A stretch of DNA of 64,000 bases from an uncultured delta proteobacterium (GTDB taxonomy: Bacteria; Desulfobacterota; Binatia; Binatales; Binataceae), in assembly GCA_963814715.1 (NCBI GenBank), contig CAWFDW010000001.1, forward strand, positions 839,749 through 903,748, written 5' to 3'. Position 1 is the first letter of the stretch, and every line of letters starts with the position of its first letter. The notes beneath the pieces are model-generated. The model was not told the origin of the DNA and made no database searches. It saw only the letters and a program-made list of their open reading frames with translations. Shown piece after piece: positions 54,801 to 63,070 of the stretch. The translations under genes and the position numbers were made by a program.

Positions 54801-55309
54801 TACCTCAGCAACTCCTCCTGCATCCGCAGCCCGGCGTAGAGCGCGCGTTGCGGATGGTCCTCGTGGGCGAGCGGCGCACCGAACATCGCGAAGATGCCGT
54901 CGCCGGTCGATTGCACGACGTGGCCGTCGTAGCGCTGGACCGCAGCGATCATCAGCTTGAGCGCGGGATCGACGATGGCGCGAGCTTCCTCCGGGTCGAG
55001 GTCCTGCTCCAGTTCAGTCGAGCCTTTGATATCGGCAAACAAAGCGGTGACGGTCTTGCGTTCACCGTCCATCGGCAGCGGTTCAGCGCTCTTGAGGGTT
55101 ACGCCAATGACCGGGGGAGTTGCGCCTGATGTTGCCTTTGAAGGCTGCCCGGCTTGCCCGTTCAGAGCTATCGCGCACTGCGTGCAGAATTTGGCTTCAA
55201 CTGGGTTGTCGAAGGCGCACTTTTGGCATCTGCGCTTGAAGGGAGCTGCACATTGAATGCAAAACTTTGCGCCCTGAGGATTTTCGGTTGAGCAGCTGGC
55301 GCAGTGCAT
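51831..55309 (-). CDS. Double zinc ribbon - class III adenylate/guanylate cyclase - AAA ATPase - TPR protein (frameshifts near 53760 and 51928)
   Basis: CASC..FCIQC..CQKC..FCTQC; GERKTVTALFADIKGST, GDGIFAMFGAP, RVGINTG, NLASRLQ; AEAGVGKSRL, FEDLHW; WELRATTSLARL..WFSEGFDTADL. Confidence 0.92.
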
Positions 55310-55345
55310 ACGGGGTCGATCAGTTTTGGTAGTTGTTCGATGGCG

Positions 55346-56048
55346 CTATGGCTTGACCACCTCGCCGCGATGGTTCTTGTACATGCGGTCGCGCCAGGCG
55401 AATACCTCGGCGAACGTTGGATCTTCGCCGAGCTTGTCGAGGTAGACGATCCGCAGTTCCGGCGTAAAGACGAAAAACTCCTGCGGAGCCGCGTTGAAAA
55501 GCATCAACATCGCCGCGGTGGTTATGTCGGCGCGAGTGAATGTATCACCGACCAGGTATTCGCGTCCGCGCAGGGTCTCCTTAAGACTCGTCAGGATCCT
55601 CCTGACCGTGAGCCTGCTCTGCTCTTCCTCGAATGGTGAGTATCCATACTTTTCCGCGAAGTACTTTCCGCTCTTTTGTGCTTCGGGGTCATCGATGCGG
55701 AGCAGGCGCCCGGTGATCATCACGCGGCCATGAGTCCCCAGCGCGTTAAGCGCGACTTCTTCCCATAGCGTCACCTGCGCGCGATCTTTCTCGGATCTCG
55801 GCAAGAGGGCCGGCTCGGGCCTGCGTTTCTTCGAGCCATTCCAGGATCGCAGACGAGTCAGGAATCACTTTCCCATCGGTGAGCAAGACCGGCACCATGT
55901 TTTGGCCGGTCAATTTTTTTATTTTTTCTTCATCGACTCCCGCTTCGTAGTTTTCCTTCTCGTACGCCAAGCCTTTGAACTTCAACGCCCAACGGACGCG
56001 CTCGGACCAGGGCGACAAGTACATTGTGATCAACTTTGTTGTGCTCAT
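55346..56048 (-). CDS. Glutathione S-transferase family protein (frameshift near 55822)
   Basis: SPWSERVRWAL, VPVL..DG.VIPDSSAILEWLE, YLVGDTFTRADIT. Confidence 0.88.
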
Positions 56049-56067
56049 GATGTGTCTCCGTAAGATT

Positions 56068-56108
56068 GGGAGCACCCGCGAGCGGGGGTGGTGCACGCGG
56101 ATGCTCCC
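56068..56108. repeat. Hairpin downstream of the cupredoxin stop (copy at 59821-59861, partial at 61231-61264)
   Basis: GGGAGCACCCGCG...CGCGGATGCTCCC. Confidence 0.65.
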
Positions 56109-56115
56109 ACGCGAA

Positions 56116-56664
56116 TCACTTCACGTCTACTTCCATCCGCATCCAGGGATGGATGCAGCATTGAAACAGATGCTTGCCTTTGGACAGGCCAGTTATATCG
56201 AGATGGCTGCCTTGGAGGATGCGCGTCCTGGCCACCGCGATGTTCTTGAAGCCGCCATTGCATTCCGGAATAACGGTGGTCGCACTGCCGGGATTGAGTG
56301 GCGGCAGGAATCCGTTTCCGAACGCTTTCACTTCGGTAAAGGTGTGGGGCTCACCGCCCTGGTCGACCACGGAGACGACGGTTCCCTGCTTGATCGTCAG
56401 CGTGTCGGGTTCGAAGTCCCAGCCCGGATCGGGTGTTCCAGCCTCCGCTCCTGCAAATAGATCGGACAACGTGGTAAAGGCGCCGAGCGTGATGTTCTTG
56501 CAAAAGTCGGGGCCTACCGCCGCGTTGAACGTGACCGGATCGCATTCGTCCAATGCCACCACCTGGGCGAGACCCGGCGAGTTTCCATTTCCCGCGATTG
56601 CGCGTGGCGCGGCGGTAAAAAACGCCCACCCAGCCAACAGAATCAGTGTCGCTACCTTACGCAT
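56116..56664 (-). CDS. Secreted cupredoxin-like (type 1 copper) protein, copy 1
   Basis: Signal peptide, AAGGAGG RBS; F.PDTLTIKQGTVV, HTFT, CCIHPWM (His...Cys-x-His-x2-Met). Confidence 0.75.
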   Translation of the reverse strand: MRKVATLILLAGWAFFTAAPRAIAGNGNSPGLAQVVALDECDPVTFNAAVGPDFCKNITLGAFTTLSDLFAGAEAGTPDPGWDFEPDTLTIKQGTVVSVVDQGGEPHTFTEVKAFGNGFLPPLNPGSATTVIPECNGGFKNIAVARTRILQGSHLDITGLSKGKHLFQCCIHPWMRMEVDVK

Positions 56665-56839
56665 TACCGTTTCCTCCTTTCGAAGCGGGTTGCTCCGTCT
56701 TCTTTCGCGCATCTTCGGCGGATTGCGGCATGCCAACAATAGAGAAGGGATGGATATTTCCTGCATTTGTTGTGTAGGAAACGCAGCTAGGCAGTGGCCG
56801 GCTACGTAACTAGAATTGGCCCTCTTCCAAGGGGTTCGA

Positions 56840-59798
56840 ATGCCTACGAATATCTGCCGTTTTGCGGACTACGAGCTTGACCGGACTGCTTACCAGCTCC
56901 GGCGCAAGGGCCGTCCCGTGCAGCTCGAGCGCATCCCCCTCGAGGTGCTCTTCATTCTTGCCGACCGACACGGGCAGCTCGTTACACGCGAGGAAATTCA
57001 ACAACGTGTCTGGGGCAAAGGCGTCTTCCTGGATTCCGACAATGCTATCAATACGGCGGTGCGGAAGATCCGGCACGCACTGCACGACGACTCCGATTCG
57101 CCGCGATTCGTCGTTACGGTGCCGGCCAGGGGTTATCGATTCGTCGCGGAGATTCGCGTACCGAAGACAAGTAGAGCGGCGCAATTTCGAGCTCGGCCGC
57201 CTCGTGGGATGGTCGGACGCGAGCACGAGCTCGCTGCGCTGCTGAGCGCACTCGACGATGCGGCTTCGCGGCGCGGGCGTCTGGTCCTGATTTCAGGCGA
57301 ACCGGGCGTCGGCAAGACACGGATGGCGGACGAGATTGCGACCGCGGCGGAAGCAAAGCGAATGGCGATTACTGGTCGGGCATTGCTCCGAGCACGACGA
57401 AGCCGTCGCTTATCTGCCGTTCGTGGAAATCCTGGAAGACTTTGTCGATCGCGAATCAAACCCGGATGTGCTGCGCACTGCCTTGGGAGATCAGGGGCCG
57501 GAGTTGGCGCGCTTGATCCCCAAACTCAAGAACCTCCTGCCGGAACTTCCGCCGCCGCTCGATTTGCCGCCGGCCCAGGCGCGGCGCCATTTGTTCAATT
57601 GCTTTTTCGACTTCGTTGATCGAATCGCTTCGGAACGACCGACTCTGATGATCCTCGAAGATCTTCACTGGGCCGACGATTCGACCTTGTCGCTGCTCGA
57701 TCACCTGACGCAGCGGCTATCCGATTTGCCTCTGATGGTGATCGGCACCTACCGCGATGCTGAGCTCAACGTCACTCGCCCGCTAGCAAAGACGCTGGAA
57801 GATTTACTGCGCGGCCGACTTGCGACTCGGGTGAGGCTAAAGGGCTTGCCGCGCGACGGGGTGGCCGCGATGCTCGATAGCTTGAGCGGGAAATCGGCGC
57901 CTGCGGTGGTGGTTGGCGAGGTGTTCGCCGAGACCGAAGGCAATCCCTTTTTCGTCGAGGAACTGTTCCGCCATCTGGAAGAGGAAAATCTCCTGTATGA
58001 TTCGGCCGGACAGTTTCGCTCCAAGCTCCAGATTGCCGAGTTGGACGCGCCGCCGAATGTGCGGCTGGTCGTCGCGCGGCGACTGGCGCGGCTCAGTGAC
58101 CTGACCCAGAAGATGCTCGCGACGGCGGCGGTGATCGGACGCTTATTCAGTTTTGAAATTCTTCAGGCTTCGAGCGACGCCGACGCGGATTCGATTCTGG
58201 AGCGCGTCGAAGAAGCCGAAAAGGCCGGCCTGGTTTTCTCGGTCGCCGACAGTCCAAGGGCCCGGTTTGAGTTCTCCCACGAGCTTATCCGCCAATCCGT
58301 CCTCGCCGCTTTGTCGGCGGCGCGGCGCCAGCGGCTGCATCTCGAAGTCGCCGACGCGATTGAGCGAACCTGTTCCGCCGCGCGCGAATCCAAACATAGC
58401 AGGAGCATCAACGACCACGCCGCTGAACTGGCGCATCACTACGCGCGCGGCGGCAATCCGGCCAAGGCGGTGGAATATTGCTGGCATGCGATGATGCGGT
58501 TCGCTGACCTCGGCTCCAATGCCGAGGTGCTTGCGCAGTTTGAAAGCGGACTCGAATTGCTGCGGCAGCTACCCGACGATGATCGGCGCGCCGAACTGGA
58601 GCTGGACCTCAGGAACGTAGCCGGTGGAACTTTGGGCGATAGCAAGGGCTTCGCCTCGCCTGAAACATCGCAGTCGTCCGATCGCGCAGTGCTGCTTGGC
58701 AGAAGGCCCGGGATCTCGTGGCAGAAGACGTGGAACGCGCTGTACGAAAACTTGTTCGTTCACCTGACCCGTCCCGACCTCCGCAAGGCCTGCGAAGTAG
58801 CCGCCGAGCTGGTTGCACTCGCGGAGAAACACGGGAGCACGGAACATCTTGCGGACGCGAGGACCTATTGGGCGTTAGCAAGAATGTACTCGGGAGACTT
58901 CGAGATCGCTGCCAAGGACTTCGACCATGCCTGGGAATTGCTGGAATCCATGGCGGAGCCTGCAGCCGCTCGGACGCCGCATCGCGCCGGGCAAGTGGCG
59001 CGAGCCCGCACGATTCTGTGGCGGCAAGGTCCTCGACAAAACAATCGCGCTCTCTCGGGATGGAACCTGTGGTTCCTGGGTTATCCGGACAGAGCACTCG
59101 CGTGCATTGACACCGCTACCTCAATCGCGCAGTCCGGGACGAAGACGATGCTGGCGGACATACACGGATATGCCGGCTACACTTTCGAGCTGCGCCGCGA
59201 AACAGATCAGATGAGAGCGAGGGCCGAAGCAAGATTAGCGCTGTCGACCGAATCAGGCTACGCCGCTGGCCGCGCGCTTAGTGAAATCTATCTCGGCTGG
59301 GCGGATGCGCTGGCCGGTGATTTCGATGGCGGCATCCTGAGGATGAGACGTCATCTGTCGGAACTCAGAGCAGCCGGCTTCGAGGTTGCAGCCGCCTATC
59401 ATCTAGCCCTGATAGCTACCGCTCTGGGAAAGGCCGGACAGTTCGACGAAGCGCTTCGCACGATTGAAGAGTCATTGTTGATCATAGACAGGACCGGCCA
59501 ACGGCATTGTGAGGCTGAGGTGCATCGGCTGAAAGGCGAACTGCAGCTGGCCCATCGCGCATCGAATGCCGCCGATGCGGAGAAATGTTTCCGCACCGCG
59601 ATCGAAATTGCGCGCAGGCAGCACGCGAAGTCATGGGAGCTGCGCGCGACGACGAGTCTCGCGCGGTTGCTCGCCAAGCAACGCAAGCACGATAAGGCGC
59701 GCACGATGCTGGCCGAAATCTACAACTGGTTCACGGAGGGCTTCGATACCGCCGATCTGAAGGATGCCAAGACCCTGCTCGACGAACTTAACGAATAA
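56840..59798 (+). CDS. OmpR/CadC-type wHTH - AAA ATPase - TPR regulator, copy 1 (frameshift near 57370)
   Basis: LVTREEI..VWGKGVF..NAINTAVRKIR.AL.D..PRFVVTVPARGYRF; SGEPGVGKTR, LEDLHWAD, TEGNPFF; TPR tail WELRATTSLARL. Confidence 0.9.
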
Positions 59799-59868
59799 GA
59801 GTGCTCACAAAGATCTGATCGGGAGCACCCGCGAGCGGGGGTGGTGCCCGCAGATGCTCCCTGGCGAA

Positions 59869-59909
59869 TCACTTCACGTCCACTTCCATCCGCATGCAGG
59901 GATGAATGC
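59869..59909 (-). pseudogene. 3' remnant of a third cupredoxin gene
   Basis: Encodes IHPCMRMEVDVK* versus IHPWMRMEVDVK* in intact copies, followed by the same downstream hairpin as copy 1. Confidence 0.8.
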
Positions 59910-59946
59910 GACGCAGGAGTCGAGGGTTCGAATCTCCTCTGCTCCA
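59907..59946 (+). other. Degenerate 3' half of tRNA-Ala (att-like fragment)
   Basis: TGCGACGCAGGAGTCGAGGGTTCGAATCTCCTCTGCTCCA resembles TGCACGCAGGAGGTC...GGTTCGA..C...GCTCCA of tRNA-Ala(UGC); no 5' half present. Confidence 0.55.
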
Positions 59947-60180
59947 GACTTCAGTATCCGGGTCTGCGGACACTGCGGAGAATCGATCGAAATCCCCGCG
60001 TGTGCGCGCGATTTGCAATCGCGGGTCGGCCCCGGAGAGCGCCTCTTTCTTGCCGATTGGCACTAATCGGTCAATTCCTGTCGCGGTGCGGTTTTGCTAA
60101 GTCCGCGGATCATCGCCTCAGATTCGCTCAAGGGTACTTCCCTACGGCGAATGAGAGAAGAACTGTCCCTGTCCACGAGC

Positions 60181-61203
60181 TCACTTGCCGAACACCGGGC
60201 CGAATGTAATTTGCCACGCGCCTTCCGCCGCCGCTCCGTTCAGGAGAATTTTGGGAGCAGGCGATCCGCTGCTCTTAATCTGCTTGGACAAAAACTCCTG
60301 GCCATTACCATCATTGAAGTCCAGTAGCCACAAATCATTGTCGCGAAAAGCGAGTCCCCACGGCCCGACGAGACTTGAACTACCGATCATCACGTTTGGC
60401 TCGTCGTCGTTCGAGGCACTGAGCTTAGCCTTTTGGAACATCACGACCGTGCCGTCGCCGTAACTCGTCACCCACAGGTTTCCCTGGCGGTCAAACGCGA
60501 TCTGGCCCGGATCGCTCAAACTGCCACCGCCTTGAAGGATGACTGCCACGCTCTTGAGGCCGCCGGAATTGAGCTCAGAAGCGGAGAATTGGACGAGCTC
60601 GCCCTTCCCGCGGCTATCTGACCAGAGGTTTCCCGACTTGTCGAAGGTGACGAAACCCGGGCTAGCGAGCTCGGAACTCGTGATGATGACAACCGGAGTG
60701 ATGCTGCCGCTGCCGGCTTTGAGTTGCGCCGCTGAGATCTCGTCCACGCTGCTGTTGTCGACGTCAGCCAGCCAAAGATTGCCGTGCTTATCGAAGGTGC
60801 AGCCTTCTATTGTACTGAATGACGAGCTTGTGATGGTGACGGCAGGCACCGGCACCGTCGGGAGTCGCTTAAGCTCCTTGGCGGTGAACTCCACGATCTG
60901 TTCAGGAGAATTCATGACCCAGAGATTTTTCGATTGGTCGAAGCACACACCCAAAGGATTGCCGGTCTCGGGAATCGTGAATGCGGTCGGCGTTCGGCTA
61001 ATCTTTAACTGATTGGGCAGGTACTCATCGATCCTACCGTTGGAAAAGTCCGCGATCCACAAAGCGTCCGATGCGGCCGGTGCCCGCGGTGGGGCCCACA
61101 CCACTACCAGGCAGCTAACGAAAGTCCCCAATAGAATCCGAAGCGCCGACGATCTCGTAGTTTGGCGCCACCATCGCGAAGTGGCCCGATTGGATAATTT
61201 CAT
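60181..61203 (-). CDS. Secreted NHL/Vgb-like beta-propeller repeat protein
   Basis: Hydrophobic N-terminal segment; repeated FD..GNLW motifs (FDQSKNLW, FDKHGNLW, FDKSGNLW, FDRQGNLW). Confidence 0.75.
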   Translation of the reverse strand: MKLSNRATSRWWRQTTRSSALRILLGTFVSCLVVVWAPPRAPAASDALWIADFSNGRIDEYLPNQLKISRTPTAFTIPETGNPLGVCFDQSKNLWVMNSPEQIVEFTAKELKRLPTVPVPAVTITSSSFSTIEGCTFDKHGNLWLADVDNSSVDEISAAQLKAGSGSITPVVIITSSELASPGFVTFDKSGNLWSDSRGKGELVQFSASELNSGGLKSVAVILQGGGSLSDPGQIAFDRQGNLWVTSYGDGTVVMFQKAKLSASNDDEPNVMIGSSSLVGPWGLAFRDNDLWLLDFNDGNGQEFLSKQIKSSGSPAPKILLNGAAAEGAWQITFGPVFGK

Positions 61204-61271
61204 TCGCTTCTCCTCATCGACGTATCGCGCCGCGGACTGCGTCCGGCTGCCCGCGGGTGCTCCCTCGTGAA

Positions 61272-61811
61272 TCACTTCACGTCCACTTCCATCCGCATCC
61301 AGGGATGGATGCAGCACTCGAACAGATGTTTTCCCTTAGACAGGCCAGTGATATCGAGATGGCTGCCCTGAAGAATTCGGGTCTTGGCCACTGCGACGCT
61401 GCCAAAGCCGCCGCTGCATTCCGGAATGGCGCTCGTCGCGCCGCCGGGGTTAAGCGGCGGCACGAACCCGTTACCGAATGCCTTCACCTCGGTAAAGGTG
61501 TGAACCTCACCGCCCTGGTTGACTACGGAAACGACGGTCCCCGGATTGATCGTTAGCGTGTCGGGAGTGTAATCCCAGCCCGGATCGGGGGTTCCAGCCT
61601 GCGCCCCTGCAACTAGATTGCCCAGCATGGTGCTGAATCCAGCCGCAATGTTCTTGCATTCGTCAGCGCCCAGTGCAGCGTTGAACGTGGTCGGATCGCA
61701 TTCGTCCAGTGCCACAACCTGGGCGAGCCGTGGCGGCTGCGCATTCGCGTGTCTCGCGCCGGCTAGAATCACGCACCCAGCCATCAGAATCAGTGTCGCT
61801 ACCTTTTTCAT
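61272..61811 (-). CDS. Secreted cupredoxin-like protein, copy 2
   Basis: Closely similar to 56116..56664; HTFT, CCIHPWM. Confidence 0.75.
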   Translation of the reverse strand: MKKVATLILMAGCVILAGARHANAQPPRLAQVVALDECDPTTFNAALGADECKNIAAGFSTMLGNLVAGAQAGTPDPGWDYTPDTLTINPGTVVSVVNQGGEVHTFTEVKAFGNGFVPPLNPGGATSAIPECSGGFGSVAVAKTRILQGSHLDITGLSKGKHLFECCIHPWMRMEVDVK

Positions 61812-61882
61812 TACTCGTTCCTCCTTATGAACTTTTGAAGTGAATCGTTCGGGGGTTAATCTTGTACCCCCAGCCGCGCCCG

Positions 61883-62884
61883 CTAGGGGAAAAAACCGAA
61901 TTCGGTGGACACGCTTTCACCGCTACCGCCGAGAATGCTCGAGGCCTCGCCGCTCGCCGTGTTGTTTTGGCCGCCGCTGACGCTAGAGAGAAAGCCGCTC
62001 GCACTATTGGTATCGCCGCCACTGACGCTCGATATACCGCCGCTCGCCGCGTTGCTGTCACCGCCGCTGACGCTCGAGAACGAGCCGCTCGCCGCGTTGT
62101 CTACGCCGCCGCTGACGCTAGAGACAAAGCCGCTCGCTCGGCTGGAAAAAGCACCAATGACGCTGGCGGCGTCGGCAGCGCCCAAAGACTTCGAGCACCC
62201 GAATGGGAAGGCGGTCAGACCTGCGGCGTTGCATTCGCCGCCGCTGATGCTGGCGTAGTTGGCGCTGGTGAAGTTCGCGTAGCCGAAGACCACGCTGCCG
62301 CTGCTAGTGAACTCGTGCTGCGGGCCGACCACCAGGTTGTGGGACCCGCTCCGGTGTCCGACGATGGTCGATGCGGCCAGTGAGTCCTCGTCATAACCGA
62401 CTACCAGGTTCCCCAGCCCGCTCGTATCGACGGTAGAGCCCGACCCGCTCTCGATGTGGACATTGGCCCCGCTGAAGATGATGTGCGGTCCCTTGAGACC
62501 GTTCTCCGCGCTGCTGTCCACGCTGACGTAGCGACCCAGCGCCAGCGCATGGTTGTTCTGCACGGCGGTCAGCGTCGTCTGGAGCGACGAGACCTGTGAG
62601 GTCAAGGTGGTGACCTGGCCTTGAAGGGTGGTGGCCTGGCTTTGAACGGTGGTGACCTGGCCTTGGAGGGTGGTGACCTGTGCCTGGAGCGCCGTGATCG
62701 CCGTCAGCAGGCACTTGGCCGAGGTACTGGTGGGGTTGCAGGCTTTCTTGGACGCGGCGACATCCTGTGCCTGAAACTCCAATGTTCCCGCGGTGGAGGT
62801 CTCCTGCGCTAGCGCCGGCGCGCATCGCCCGCATACCAGGAACAGTGCCACCCCGAAGACCAGGATCAGGTTGAGCTGCTTCAT
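61883..62884 (-). CDS. Secreted coiled-coil protein with 14-aa SSVSGG..N.ASG repeats (trimeric fibre/adhesin-head-like)
   Basis: Signal peptide; heptads LQAQVTT/LQGQVTT; about five SSVSGGxxNxASG units. Confidence 0.65.
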   Translation of the reverse strand: MKQLNLILVFGVALFLVCGRCAPALAQETSTAGTLEFQAQDVAASKKACNPTSTSAKCLLTAITALQAQVTTLQGQVTTVQSQATTLQGQVTTLTSQVSSLQTTLTAVQNNHALALGRYVSVDSSAENGLKGPHIIFSGANVHIESGSGSTVDTSGLGNLVVGYDEDSLAASTIVGHRSGSHNLVVGPQHEFTSSGSVVFGYANFTSANYASISGGECNAAGLTAFPFGCSKSLGAADAASVIGAFSSRASGFVSSVSGGVDNAASGSFSSVSGGDSNAASGGISSVSGGDTNSASGFLSSVSGGQNNTASGEASSILGGSGESVSTEFGFFP

Positions 62885-62980
62885 ATGCCCTCGAATTACT
62901 CGTTCCTCCTTTTTGAAGTGAATCATTCGTTATCGCCGCCCATGTTCAGGCATCCTGAGTCGCTGGCCAATGGACCGGGG

Positions 62981-63018
62981 CTGAACTTCTCCTGAACTCT
63001 CGCTGAACTCGCTGACAC
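62981..63018. promoter_or_regulatory. 11-bp-phased CTGAACT direct repeats (putative wHTH operator)
   Basis: CTGAACT at 62981, 62992 and 63003, with a degenerate CTGACAC at 63012, in the divergent gap before the wHTH gene. Confidence 0.6.
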
Positions 63019-63070
63019 ATCGCGGCTATGCGCTTGCCCGCGACGCGAGTAAAATCGGCGACCGGAACCA

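Noticed and set aside
59821-59909. Template repeat of a diversity-generating retroelement for the cupredoxin C-terminus
   Set aside because: No reverse transcriptase in the window, and the differences are not confined to adenines; a duplication remnant explains it
59907-59946. Functional tRNA gene
   Set aside because: No 5' acceptor strand or D-arm, an imperfect T-stem and no CCA; kept only as an att-like fragment
56068-61264. Integron attC sites after the cupredoxin genes
   Set aside because: The hairpins lack RYYYAAC/GTTRRRY ends and no intI is present
61269-61846. GA(A/T)TCACTTCA inverted repeats flanking cupredoxin 2 as mobile-element ends
   Set aside because: Only 11 bp with a mismatch, one arm is constrained by the VK-stop codons, and there is no equivalent pair at copy 1; probably chance
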